This document shows, piece after piece, positions 1-13,150 of a stretch of 64,000 nucleotides of DNA. The stretch is from Somniosus microcephalus (lineage: Eukaryota), in assembly GCA_052327205.1 (NCBI GenBank), contig CM126220.1:29450001-29514000 (forward strand), read 5' to 3'. The translations under genes and the position numbers were made by a program. The notes beneath the pieces are model-generated. The model saw nothing but the letters and a program-made list of their open reading frames with translations. It ran no database searches and was not told the DNA's origin. Position 1 is the first letter of the stretch; every line of letters starts with the position of its first letter.

Positions 1-631
1 GGATACGTTGCATTTGCAGCAGTTCTGTCGTGACTCCCTCCCATCTTGTATAAGGAGTGCTTCATCTTCTTATGTCAGCACGGTAGGGGTTAGGAACTCG
101 TTGTGTAGGAAGATTGCATTTGATTATTTCTCGCAAGCTCATTAAACCGTTCTAAAAAGAATGGACTCATGATTTCAATAGAAATAGCAATAAGGGAAAA
201 TTTACCTTCTGCATTTTGACTACTTTTCGCCAAAGGGAAATCAACCCCCTGCTTGGGTGCTTGACTGTGCAGGGCCATGTTTTGGTCTTCCATGCCACAG
301 TTTAGATCTCCAGTGCCACCTTCACCCATTTATGTCTAGTTGGTTTGGTAGGCATTGGGAGTGTTGCTCCACGTATTGTAAATTTAGAAAATGGTGCCCC
401 ATAAGTTCTGCTTTGAAATTGTGCCATGTGATTATTAGAGTACAAACATTTAACACAATTATATGAGTTTCTGCTATTTTAATTGACCCATTTAATATAA
501 AATGATGTCGCAGAGCATAATTTCAAGGCCATTATTTTTTAGTGTCACATAGTCTCGGGGATTCTGGCACTAAGTAACATGGTTGAACTTGTTTGAGAAA
601 CGGAAAGTCAGTTCTGATTTTATTACCTCAG

Positions 632-863
632 GTGGAGAAGTCACTCCAGCGAATACAGAATGGCCAACGGAATTCCATGTACACCTCCCAGCACAGTGTA
701 GAGAACAAAGTGGGTGGTGTGCCAGGCTGGCAGTCGCTTCTCACGGCAGTCGGATTCCGGCTCGATCCTCCGGCCAGTGGACTTCCAGCAGCCGTCTTCT
801 TTCCAGTGTCAGACCCTGGAGATCGGCTTCAACAGTGCAGCACCACGCTCCAGTCGCTTCTAG
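632..863 (+). CDS. TTC28: TTC28 internal coding exon (VEKSLQRIQNGQ...LQSLL-G)
   Basis: cag|GTG acceptor, G|gtaatg donor, 232 nt (phase 0 to 1). Peptide matches the vertebrate TTC28 C-terminal region and joins the next exons in frame. Confidence 0.93.
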
Positions 864-3469
864 GTAATGACGGCACTCTGCATTGAGGTTTCACCCGATG
901 CGTTAACCTGTCCTTTCTCTTTCAGCTGGCAGACCCTGCTCTGCATTTCCAGAATTTTCTGTTTCCATTTCAGATTGCCCGCATTTGTGAATATTTTTTA
1001 AAATTGCGCTATACAACTTAAAAGATGAAGAACAATTTTACAATAAAAAAATGACTTGACATGCATGTCACTATATTTCCAAAAGAGTCTAAATAGTTTA
1101 AATTGCATGGCATTCATAACATTAAACAGTGCACCCTTAAAGGAACAGTGTTCCCATCAAACACTCCAAGGTCAGATACAGCATAGCTTAGATGCAGGGA
1201 AAAGCTTTCCTGTACATTTCCCCATCAAGCACTCTCAGGTCATGTGTAGCACAGATAAGATGCTTATGAAATCCCCCTCTGCCGCACCTCCTCCAGTCCC
1301 CTTGTGACAATTCCATTTGCAACACGAACTATCCTTGTGGTGCGGATTACTACTAATTTTGCCAAATTTTGGATAGTTTTATGCTGCTTATGTATGGCAA
1401 CTAACAACTGAGTTGAGATTGCCCCAAATTCATTTCATGTCAGAAATGGGAGATTTCCATCTGCTGGACTGGGCTGAATTTGAACCCCAATACGATGGAT
1501 GAAAAGTCAGTAGGGGTTACCTCCCAGTGGGTGTAAAGGTTCCCAACTTGTGCCATGATGGCCGTCACAAGAAATGCGTGGAAAACTGAACAACACCTTA
1601 ACCTTCGCCATGCTCTTGATAGCAGCAAATTTGTTTCTCAGTTGCAGCCAGGTATGAGAGATGTGAGTAACTGTATTGACTCAGTTGGCAACCTCCCACC
1701 ATGCAGCTTTTACACCAGTGCTTTTAAAGAGGAGTCACATTCTGTGCCAATTAGGGCCACCCTCCTTTGGGACACCTTCTACATCAGGGCATCCAACTCT
1801 TTAGCACCAAACAGAGCGGCTTTGCCCACATGTCTCCACTGTGTTATTGAGAAAACTTCTGCCACCACCATAACCTCCTTCCTTCCTTTTTTATGATAAC
1901 CTGCAGCTCTTTAAGAAATCCCCAGCAAAGGTGCTACAAGCCAAGCTTTCTGAGCAGACTGTTCCTGTGCTGGTAGCCTATTCAAATAAGTGAAGGGAGC
2001 TACCATTGCAAAATTCAGCAAGACCCTTGCCTATGCCATGGATGTGAGCAACCCCAATTTCTGTCAGCGTTGCAAAGTTGTCCCAGAGTGTGTTTTTCTT
2101 CCTTTTTCCACCAATTTTCTCTCTTCCCTCCACCTTTCCTGAAGACATTAACTCCTTGGTGGGGTGCAGTTCCACAGGTGCCCTCTGGTACCTTACCCAA
2201 ATGTCTATTTCTTTAGGTTTGAGGCCAGTCAGTGAATACTGGCAGGGTATTCAACAGTGGGGAGGGGCTTCACAGGTGAGCCTGACCCTGTCATCACCCA
2301 ATGTCCACATATATGCATTTCCCGTGAGGTGTTTCTAGACAGCTATCAGGAACAAGCTGATTTTTTTTTTCTTTCGCTTATGCAAGCATGCTGGGCTAAC
2401 TTGTAATGCTCCCCAAATCCAGTTGAAATCAAAGTAACATCACAGACCTATGATCAAAGCTGGGATCCTCCTAGCCTGTATACCTTAAACTCTGTACTGG
2501 TTCACTGAGCTGACCCATTAGAGGAGGCTATGTGCTAGAATTTTAGTCACTGGTGGTAAGGTGCTCATGTCACACCCACATGGCTGACAGACAACTTGAC
2601 AGATCTAGAATTACCATTGATGTTTGTATTACTGTATCTGAATCAAATCAAATAGTCACATTGTTAAGGTTTGGGGGGAGTGTTGCAGAGTGGCCTTAAT
2701 TGAGGAACAACAGGCAGTGTAAAGGGATCTGGAGTCTGACTGTGGGGAATGGCTGATCCAGTATATTGCATTTCCCAAAGTGCTCTTTGATAGAATTACT
2801 TAATTTTAATTATAATATGTTAAAATAAACCCCATCCTTTGTGATTGTTGGTGAAGTCATTATGCTCCCAGTGGTATTATACATTTATAAATGCATTGAG
2901 CTGTCTCGTACTGTGACATTCCTGACAGTTGCTTCCCCTCATTACGTTTGCTTTCAAAAAGTGGATTAATTTAAATATATATATATATGTACCTGTATAT
3001 ATATAAAATGCAGCTTTAAATTTGCTTCAGTGGAGGATTCCTTAGAGGTCACAGTATAAGTAATAATGAGGTGTGTGTAAAGATTTCAGTCAATAATGCA
3101 GAACATAACATTACGAGTGCCTTTTGGAGAATCATATTGCAAAATCATATTGCAGTTAATATATTTTTTATATCTATATATTACTTTTAAAGAATCATTT
3201 TAACATTTTTGTACCCCAAAACTTGTGGAATGAAATAAAACCTTACTTAGCTGGCTGATTCTATGTTCGAAGTGTGCCTGCGGCCTGCTGTGTCCTGTCA
3301 GTGTAGCAGGACTGACAGTTCTTGAGCAATCTAGAGATCAATCTATCACTCTTATAGCCAACTGAGACTGTGGGAGACAGAAATATCTCATCCACACCCA
3401 AGGAAGAAAGAAAGAGAACTGATGTAACAAAAAAGATAGATGATAAAAGCAAGCGGGCTGTTCTTCTGC

Positions 3470-4080
3470 ATGTCTCTGTGTTTAATATATCGCCATGCTT
3501 TTTGATATAACCATATTTATATAAATTACAGTGTTTTTATATCAGCTTGTCTTCTACATATTCATCACCGCATTGTAATTCTTTTGTATCGCTGTTTGTA
3601 TATTACCGTGTTTTTTTATCACCATATTTGTATATAATGTTGCATTTGTGTATGTCGTCATGTTTATATATGTCGCCAGGCTTATATACATCATCGTGTT
3701 TATGTATGTTGTATTTACATGTGTCACTGTTGTATTTGTCACAGGCTGCCAAGTATATATGTTGCTGTACATTTTGCTCTGTTTCTAATGCCACTGTTCA
3801 TCCATCTTCTTTACATACATCATTATTTCTGTATGCTGCCATATTTATTTTTGCCATGTTTGTGAATTGCTGTTTTATGTATTGTTTTGCCATGTCGCTG
3901 TGCTAATGTACGAGGTGCCATGTTTCCATATGCTGCGATTTGTCACTGTTTCTGCATTCTGCTGTGTTTCGGTAGATTGCCATATTTATATGTCGCTGTG
4001 TTTCTACATCTTTCTCATACATATTTTGCTCTGTTTCTATATGCCACAGTATTTCTATATGCTGCTCTATTGTAATAAGT
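3470..4080. repeat. Degenerate low-complexity T-rich array (tatatgtcgc/tgtg-like units)
   Basis: Recurrent tatatgtc, tgttt and tatat motifs; gives spurious Y/C/L/M-rich ORFs. Confidence 0.6.
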
Positions 4081-4089
4081 ATTATTAAT

Positions 4090-4230
4090 TGAATATTAAG
4101 GCAATCAAGGGATATGGGGATAGTGCAGTAAAGTGGAGTTGAGGTCGAAGATCAGCCATGATCTTATTGAATGGCGGAGCAGGCTCAAGGGGCCAAGTGG
4201 CCTACTCCTGCTCCTATTTCTTATGTTCTT
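4090..4230 (+). mobile_element. CR1 LINE 3' end fragment
   Basis: gatcagccatgatcttattgaatggcggagcaggctc...ctcctgctcctatttcttatgttctt tail shared with copies at 12.8, 24.0 and 29.4 kb. Confidence 0.8.
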
Positions 4231-4394
4231 AAGTCTAATGTATGGTGCATATTTCCTGAAAGTATAATACTTGCTTCCTGTAAATCTTTCTTGTCACTCT
4301 TTTCTGTCAGCATTGTTCTGTCACGCTTAAAGTTACCATTTTTAAGCCCAATTTATTTTACTTAACTGTTATTGATTAATTCTTTCCCTTTGAC

Positions 4395-6710
4395 AGACTA
4401 CCGCTGTGGCCATTCAAACTCCCATTTCCTCGAGGCACTGTTATCAACCATTCCAACTGCTGCTGCTTCCTTTCTCACCCGCCCATACCTGCTTGTCTCC
4501 CTTCTTGCCGGGTCGCTCGTCTGAACGGATCTCCCCTTCAAAGTATCCCAGCAATCTGTGATCACCCCCCGCCCACCCCTGCTCCCAGATCCCAGGACCC
4601 ATCTGCAATAGTCTCAGACCCTGGCACTCCCAACCCCACTGATGCCCCTTTTCCAATTCCCCCAGATTCTGGCACCTCCACTGCTGCTTCCAAACGATTC
4701 CATCCTTCTCCCAATTCTTTCAGATCACACGACCACCCTCCCTCCACTTCCATACTCCTGAAATACCATTCGCAGTACTCCTAAACCTTGCAAGAGGCCT
4801 CCTGTTACTCTCATACTCATGGACACCCAAAACACCATTATCCCTAATCCTCCTTGGACCCTCCAGAACTTTTCCAAAAAGCACAGAACTGCGCTTCAAC
4901 CCACACCTTGGAAACCGGCTCCCAGATCCCACCACCTCTCAGAGAACTCTCCTTGCACTATTCCCAAATCCAGATGATCCTCTCTCAGTCCTACCAGAGC
5001 CTAGTGTCCTTTTGCTTCTCCCACACTCAATTATGCATAAGCACAATCCTTGAACAGAGGCCCGACCAGTCCCCATCCACCACTACCCTCCTCCGCCTGG
5101 CTGAACATGCTCTCACATTGAAAAACTTCTCCTTTAACTCCACTCATTTCCTCCAAATCAAAGGTGTTGCTATGGGTACCCGCATGGGTCCTAGCTATGC
5201 CTGCCTTTTCGTGCGATATGTGGAACACTCTTTGTTCCAGTCCTACTCAGGTCCCCTCCCTCACCTCTTTTTCCGATACATTGATGACTGTATCGGTGCC
5301 GTTTCCTGCTCTCACCCCGAACTAGACAATTTAATTCACTTTGCCTCCAATTTCCACCCTTCCCTCACCTTCACATGGTTCATCTCTGACTCTTCCCTTC
5401 CCTTCCTCGACTTCTCCGTCTCCATCTCTGGGGATAGGTTATTGACCAATATTCACTACAAGCCCACTGGCTCCCACAGCTACCTGGACTACACTTCCTC
5501 CCACCCCGCCTCCTGTAAGGACTCTATTCCATTCTCCCAGTTTCTCCGTCTCCGCCGTATCTGCTCCGACGATGCCACCTTCCACACCAGTGCTTCTGAC
5601 ACGTCTTCCTTTTTCCTCAACCGAGGATTCCCCTCTACCGTGGTTAACACGGCCCTCGACCGTGTCCGTTCTATCTCCCGCACTTCTGCCCTCACCCCTG
5701 CCCCTCCCTCCCGGAACCACGATAGGGTTCCCCTTGTCCTCACCTTTCACCCCACCAGCCTCCACATTCGACGGATCATCCGCCGCCATTTCCACTACCT
5801 CCAAAGTGATCCCACCACCAAACACATCTTCCCCTCCCCTCCCCTTTCAGCATTCCGTAGGGACCGCTCCCTCCGAGACATCCTAGTCCACTCCTCTATT
5901 ACCCCCAACAGCCCTTCCCCTTCGCCTGGCACCTTCCCGTGCAAGCGCAGGAGATGTAACACCTGCCCTTATACCTCCCCCCTTCCCACTGTCTAGGGCC
6001 CCAAACACCCCTTCCAGGTGAAACAGCGATTTACTTGTACTTCTTGCAATCTAGTGTACTGTATTCGCTGCTCACGATGCGGTCTCCTCTACATTGGGGA
6101 GATCAAACGCAGATTGGGTGACCGCTTTGCGGAACACCTCTGTTCAGTCCGTAAGGGTGACCCTGAGTTTCCGGTCGCCTGTCATTTTAATTAACCGCTC
6201 CATTCCCACTCAGACCTCACCGTCCTTGGCCTCTTGCATTGTTCCACGGAAGCTCAACGTAAACTCGAGGAACAGCACCTCATCTTCCGATTAGGCACTT
6301 TGCAGCCTTCCGGACTCAATATCGAGTTCAACAATTTCAGATCATAACCTCGGCCCCTATTACATTTTTACTTATATATTTTTTTTCCACCCCTTTGTTT
6401 TGGGTTTGCCCTCCCCCCCCCTTTTTTTTTTCTCTCTCCCACATGGCAGCTGTCTCTCATCCTGCCAGTACACTTCACACCTCATCTGAGCCGTCTTTTG
6501 TCTCCACTGTCCTATTACCATCTCGTCTGGTTTTGAATACCTCTTAATGTCTCTTTACTTCTTTTGTTCCCTCCCCAGCCCTGCCTTTCGATCTATTTCA
6601 TTTCCTTTCCAGTTTTGAAAAAGGGTTAGACCCGAAACGTTGATTCTAATTTCTCTCCATGGATGTTGCCTGGCCTGCTGAGTTTTTCCAGCATTTTCTG
6701 TTGTTATTTT
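4395..6710 (+). mobile_element. Penelope-like retroelement (Neptune-like), degenerate and internally deleted; RT, Cys linker and GIY-YIG endonuclease
   Basis: QIKGVAMGTRMGPSYA and RYIDD RT motifs, CKRRRCNTC linker, VYCIRCSRCGLLYIGE GIY-YIG after an in-frame TAG at 5994. ORF ends ~6347; the 3' region carries a hammerhead motif. The N-terminal RT appears deleted near 5045. Confidence 0.9.
6611..6645 (+). ncRNA. Minimal type I hammerhead ribozyme motif, U3-A8 core variant
   Basis: agtt-TTGAAAA-a-gggt tag accc-GAAA-cgt-t-gatt; aligns base for base with the CTGATGA copies elsewhere in the window. Confidence 0.6.
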
Positions 6711-7062
6711 GCACAATTGCAATGTTTGGTACTTCCTGTCCCACCAATCAACAATACTGCTGCTTCTCACATCACGGGTTGGGTGGGCCAAGGGTCATGG
6801 CCATAAACATGCCAGGAATAGCTGACCGCTGTCTGACCACATCCTGCATCAATGACCTTAGCAGAATTGTACATTGTGCATTACATGGTATAACATTTCT
6901 ATATTTTTAAAACAGAACATCAAACTTTTGAGAATATATTACCATTTGTTTATCATGCTGTTTTTATATAGGTGACCATACTATTATTGTTATATGTCGA
7001 TATGTTTATCGCTAAATAATGACATATTTATACGTCATGCATGACATTAGATATTTTCATTA

Positions 7063-7485
7063 TTGAAAGAAAGACTTGCATTTATATAGCGCTTTTCACG
7101 ACCACCAGACGTCCCAAAGCACTTTACAGCCAATTAAATTCTTTTTTTTTGAAGTGCAGTCACTGATGTAATGTAGGAAACATGACAGCCAGTTTGCGCA
7201 CAGCAAGCTCCCACAAACAGCAATGTGATAAATGACCAGATAATCTGTTTTTAGTGATGTTGATTGAGGGATAAATATTGGCCAGGACACCGGGGATAAC
7301 TCCCCTGCTCTTCATCGAAGTAGTGCTATAAGACCTTTTACGTCCACCGGCACCTCTGACAGTGCAGCACTCCCTCAGCACTGCACTGGAGTGTCGACCT
7401 AGATTTTTGTGCTCAAGTCTGTGGACTGCGAACCCACAACCTTCTGACTCAGAGGCGAGTGTGCTACCAACTGAGTCACAGCTTA
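7063..7485 (-). mobile_element. tRNA-derived Deu-domain-type SINE (SacSINE-like) with L2-type tail
   Basis: Reverse complement of the family at 48830-50080; tail tatataaatgcaagtctttcttt. Confidence 0.7.
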
Positions 7486-8182
7486 TGTATGTATATAGCT
7501 TTATTCTATATAAGTCGCTGTGCGCTTAGATTGTATTTATATATGTCAGCATTCTATAAACACAGTGACAGCTGGATATACATTAGCAAATCTCCTGTGG
7601 TGCTGCTCGTGGTAAGCCAGCGACAATGCTGTTTATAAGGACAGGAACATTATACCATATAAAACACAGTATTATTCTGCTGCTCGAGTGTAGGCATGTG
7701 TCCCTTTTAGGCTATAACGTCTAATTAATATTAATTCAACACAATGAGTTCATTTGAAGGTTAATTGCTACTCAGACTGGAGATCAGAACCCTGGTTTTG
7801 TTTGAGGGAAAGTCAATTAGGAGCCTAAAGACCTTGTGGCTCTGGTATTTTTGTTCCTGGAAAGTTTTTTTTTCTGTACACTGCAAATGAATGCCATAAT
7901 GTGAGCAGGTAAGCTGTTGCGACATATGAAGCGTAAGGTACATGAAGTACTTGCATACATAAGGTTTGAATATTATTCTAAAGTTACATAATCTTGCGTG
8001 TTTATATGTGTGCCTATGTCTGCATGTATATTGGTGTTTATATATAATGTCACTGTTTACATATGTCCCATAAGCCATTGTCTTTATACAATGTATGTCA
8101 CTGTATTTATAGAGGGTGGTATTTACAGGCTGTATTTTTCTGAACTGTATGTACATGTCACACTGTTTTCCTTGTGTTAAAG

Positions 8183-8259
8183 GGTTACCCCATGCTGCAC
8201 TACAGGCTCTCTGCAAACTTATCACCGCTTCAGAGACGGGAGAACAGCTTATTAATCGG
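8183..8259 (+). CDS. TTC28: TTC28 coding exon (GLPHAALQALCKLITASETGEQLINR)
   Basis: aag|GG acceptor, CGG|gtgagt donor, 77 nt (phase 1 to 0); not in the ORF track. Confidence 0.92.
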
Positions 8260-11200
8260 GTGAGTACAAACGTCGTCCTCTAGATTCAGCGCGGAAAGTA
8301 GGTTGTGATGCTGCACTCCATGTCATGTCATTTCAGCTCTCCAGGACACAGCGATGTGCTTTGAATTTGGACTTGTGTTGTAGATTCTAATAATTTCCTC
8401 CTAATTAAATGCATGACATAATTAATTTATGTAAGCTTTTTGGGAAGGGGCTGAAATGGCAGCGATTAAATGGCTATTAATTTGATTTATTTTCATTCTC
8501 AGAACAAATGTATTTTGCCAGAGAGTGACCTTTGATAAAATGTGTAATAAATTTGTTGTGAAGTAGTAAAAATTAGAGTATGATGGACATGGTGAAAAGG
8601 TTCAAGGGCAGACGAGCAGCCTGCTAGCTGCAGTATTCGAATGCTGAGTCTAATGGCACCCGGGAAACCCGAGTACAGTTCCCAGTCTCGATAGCTGTTG
8701 ACAAAGAAGAAGGTGGGTTGGTGTCACCAACCTCAGCTTGATCTGTTACTGCCGTTGTTGGGGATGGGAGGGGAGGGGCGATTGTGGCTTAAAATAGTGA
8801 TTGGACAACTGGGAAACAACATTGATGCCAACAGTAAGCAGTTAAAAAACTATTGCACTCTCTTGACTGAGGAGTATATAATGTACTGGAGAAGGAGAAC
8901 ACCGGAAAACTGAGGAAAGATTTTTTTTTTGAAGTACGGTGAGGGCCAAATACAAGAGTTCACTTGAAGTCCTGGCAAAGTGTCAGGAGCTCCTGACCTC
9001 TGAATAATGTAACATTTGTAAGATGAGCAGATAGCCTGTTACAACAGAATCACGAAGCAGGTAAACTGTTGAATCCATCGTATAATGAGCAGATCCTGTT
9101 TAATGATGCACGGCCCGTGATCTGCAGATACTCATGGTTTAAATAAATTGTCACCAAATTTTTAAAAAATCACAGGGACTGAGGCAACATTTCTCCTTCC
9201 CTTCCAAAAAGCTATTATTGTCTGGCAAAGTCAATTGCCAGATACTTGGTAAGGATGCAAAGCAAGCCACGCGCATTTACTCCAGGGGGCCTGCCCTACA
9301 GCGGCCAACGTGATCTGTGTTTCAGTTAAGTTTTAGCAGTGGGATTTTCCTGACATTTTCAGGAAGCGCTTGCTTGGAAAAAACCCACACAAATGCAGCA
9401 ACACTGAACTTTTAGAGCTGGATTAGTGGCATCACCCCTTTCGAGAGCTGGGCGTGTAATACTGCCCCCGGTGTCTAATGAAAGGGTTCTAAAGGTGAGA
9501 GGTATTCTTGAACACTGCACTCTGAATTCATCAAGTTCTCTGATCTTGTTGAAGCAGGAAGCCTTGTAAACACCTTGTCTGCTGCAGAGTCCCAAGAGAC
9601 GAATGGTGACGTTAGTACAGAGTTTTTCTGTAACCGACTGTCAACAGCAGATATTTCTCAAATTCTGATTTAATCTCTTAAACACCTGCAGTGGTTAAGT
9701 CCATATTCAATAATGTGTTCAATGAATAAAATTGAAGCTCAAAAAAAATCCAGTATATATTGTAATGTGGTATGTGAGTGAAAATATTCCATTTGTAGAA
9801 CTCAAGCTCTGCTCTGTAACAAGTTAGTCGAGCTCAGCCAGGCAGCAGCAGGGCACTAGGGAGATGAAAAATGAAATAAGGATCCTCCCCCCTGATCACT
9901 ATCCAGTGAGACCTGAAGGCAAGTGTGCATCGAGGAACTTCAGGTGAGGACAGTATCAAGCTCAGCCTCGATAACTCCCACCAATGAATAGCCTGCCAGC
10001 ACTCTCTATCTGGACGCACCTTTTGGGAAGGGCATCGAAGGATGAGGAGAAACAAATTGCAGGTCGAACAAAGTTGCGTGTATCTATGGGCCACCCCTTG
10101 AAGGAACACTGACGAAGTGGGACTTCCCTTTTAAAGAGCCAGCTGCAGCATACAGCTCCTTAAAAGAACGTTGTCTAATGAAGGGGTCCTGAAAGTGGGA
10201 GGAGTTCCCGAACACTCTAAATTTGTCAAGTTCCCTGATCGCGCAGAAGCGGGAAACCTTGTAAGCACTATCTGCTGCAGAATCCTGAAGGATTGGCCAT
10301 CAACTAAGCAGCAGCACTGCTGAAGCTCCTTCACCAAAAACTCAAAATGTAGCACAATAAATGATCTCATTTTAAAAACTTAAAATATTTTCTAACATCG
10401 GAACAGTAGCAAATGTGTAACAAATAGTTTATTGCGTAGTTGGTGGTGTGTGCTGCTTTCATGTCACCCATACCAAGGACTGCATAATCAACTCATCTGG
10501 GATGTTAGTAAATTGTGTGTGTCTCACACAAAGTAGACTTGATAATGTCTAACCCCTAGTACAATGCCTTCTATTTCTCCACTCAAAGCTTCAATTCATG
10601 CAAGAATTGGTTGCTATACTTTTAGCTATTTTTCTGGAATATCTTCCTTCTTGGTACTTCGTCCTAGAGGCTATGCTTCAAGCATGAACCTCGATGGTGA
10701 ATACTGGCAGGCTACTAACCAGCCCTTTCCTGTCCTCAACATCCACACACGTACATTTCCAACGTTACTGGGTAGCGATTATCAATAGAATCATTTTTGT
10801 CAATTCTGAATTGCTTCAGTGAGCTGTGAGCTCTTTTATCGATTATTGTCAGGAGTAGAAAGGCTATAATGCTCCTGGAATTATGGGGGTTACAGGGGCA
10901 CTGGAACCTGCTGCTAGATGGAATACAAAGCTGTATTACACCCATTCCCTGGTGTCCTGGTGAAATTCAGTGGTGCACCTAGGCAACCGAATTCTGTCCC
11001 ACAACGTTAGTTCCTGATCTTAGTGAGCTACAGGGGATTGCCTTTGAACACAGCTGATGAGGAGTTGGGGGGGGGAAAGCTGCATTCCTGTCACTTATCC
11101 AAATGGCCAACCATGCAAGGGAATAGCGCATGCTGTGAGAAAGGATGCCGAAGAGAAACAAGAGTTGTGATTACACACTAAAGCAATGGGGAGACTCCAT

Positions 11201-12148
11201 TTAAGATTCAAAAGATGAATTAAATACTGGCAAATATATGGTTGTGAGAATTAAACCTGGAAATTATGCTGTGTAATAATATCGTTTGAACACTTAATAT
11301 ATTTATATCAAATTGCTTTACGATAGCTCAACAGGTGCATTAAAATACTTCTTTAAAATAGTGGACAAAAGAATTTGACACAAATACGATAAACATTCAT
11401 AAGCTAATATCCCACAGCGTAATTTCCAGACTTTGTTCTAATGGGCTATGACAGTTTTGACAGCGGTGATCTGCTGCTACCAGATGTAACTGGTGCACTA
11501 AATTAGTAGAGACACCTAGTGATAATTAGAAGCTCCTGCATCACTTTAACAATACAGATGTTGATTTTTTTTTGCAGCTTTCTGCCCTCTTCCCTCGTTC
11601 TTATCTTTTTGTTAAGCGCACATGGTGAGACGTTCCAACATGCTGTACCAGAGTGTGGTCAAATACAGGTCTTCTCCATCAATCCTCGAATGGAGACCAG
11701 GAGTACTCCCACAAGGAGCGAGGGCAGATCAGATACCCAGTCACCCCGTGTCACGTTCACACATCAAGCAGCTGGCTATAGTGCAGCATATGGTGGAGCT
11801 GGAGCAGGTCTTCAAGCTGGCTTCATGGCCAGGGATAAAATAAAGAAAATTACTTCCCAAAAAATAGTAAAACCGCAGCAAACACCCTTCCTCAAAATCT
11901 GAACCGTCTGCTTCCCTTTAATATCTCTTTTATGCAGCTGGCTTCATTACTCTCAATCAACCTAATGAAATGTGCGTTTGATGCAGGTTAACAGTGTTGT
12001 GCCAGACTCCGCCTGCTTGGTGTCTCTCTGTATATTTATTTAAGCTTTACTGTTTGGTGACTGCTGTTTCAATTTACTGCACTTGTATATCACCTATGCA
12101 TGAATCTAAAGCTTGTTGTTTTTCTTTCTCCTAATCTCCTCTTTGAAG

Positions 12149-12172
12149 GCTGTAAAAAATATGGTTGGAATG
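12149..12172 (+). CDS. TTC28: TTC28 24-nt microexon (AVKNMVGM)
   Basis: Pyrimidine tract, ctaat branch-like motif, gaag|GCT acceptor and ATG|gtaagt donor. Supplies the AVKNMVGM that links ...LINR to LHQVL... as recalled from mammalian TTC28. Confidence 0.88.
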
Positions 12173-12825
12173 GTAAGTGCATCAAACTGGATTGATCTAG
12201 TTAAAACATTGGATGTTGCAGTGAACTGTGTTAGCTCTTTGATCCATAGAGATTGCTTCCTGATACTCTTGTTTTTGCATTGCTCCCTTTGAAATTCACA
12301 TTCTTTATGCTGCTCAAATGTATTGCCGAGAGCTCCGTTCAGTAACAGATCTTTGTTTTTTATTTCTTCCCCCCTCTCCTCCCTCCTGCCACAGTCTTTA
12401 GTTATTTAGTTATCACCCTATAATTTTAAGTATTGTCATCCCAGGCTCTTTTCCCTGGCTCTCTTCCCTATCAGTGAGATGGCAAACAGCGGCTCTCTGG
12501 CCCTTCACAGTGACTCTGTTACTAGGTGGTATATAAGAGCGCATTCCATTCCCCCCCCCCCCAGTTTCTTCCTTCACGCCTTTGGGGAAACACCTCTCTA
12601 CTTCCAGTTACTAACTTCCCCCACCCCCATTCCCCGGCAGCCCAGCTTTGCAGTAAATATCAGGCACAAGCCGGCACTCTACAGTCCCACGGTCCATAGT
12701 GCTGGTATATCCCAATAAACCAGACCCCTAAGCCCCACTCTGTGCACCAACTTCTCTAGCTCTTCCATCAGTGAAACACATTTCTCTGTTGGGGAAAATA
12801 AAATGCTAGAAATACACAGGAGATC

Positions 12826-13150
12826 CCTTGGCTGGGAGGTCTAGAACGAGGGATCACAGTCTCAGGATACGGGGTTGGACATTTAGGACTGAGATGAGGA
12901 GTAATCTCTTCACTCAGAGGGTGGTGAACCTGTGGAATTCTCTACCACAGAAGGCTGTGGAGGCCAAGTCACTGAATATATTTAAGAAGGAGATAGATAG
13001 ATTTCTAGACACGAAAGGCATCAAGGGGTATGGGGAGAGAGCGGGAATATGGTATTGAGATAGAGGATCAGCCATGATCATATTGAATGGCGGAGCAGGC
13101 TCGAAGGGCCGAATGGCCGACTCCTGCTCCTATTGTTCTATGTTTCTATC
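12826..13150 (+). mobile_element. CR1 LINE 3' end (ORF2 C-terminus and tail), inside a degraded Penelope end
   Basis: SRTRDHSLRIRG...FTQRVVNLWNSLPQKAVEA..FKKEIDRFL peptide and CR1 tail. Confidence 0.88.

Noticed and set aside
3547-4088. Hydrophobic Y/C/L-rich ORFs resembling membrane proteins
   Set aside because: They are products of low-complexity T-rich sequence in an intron.
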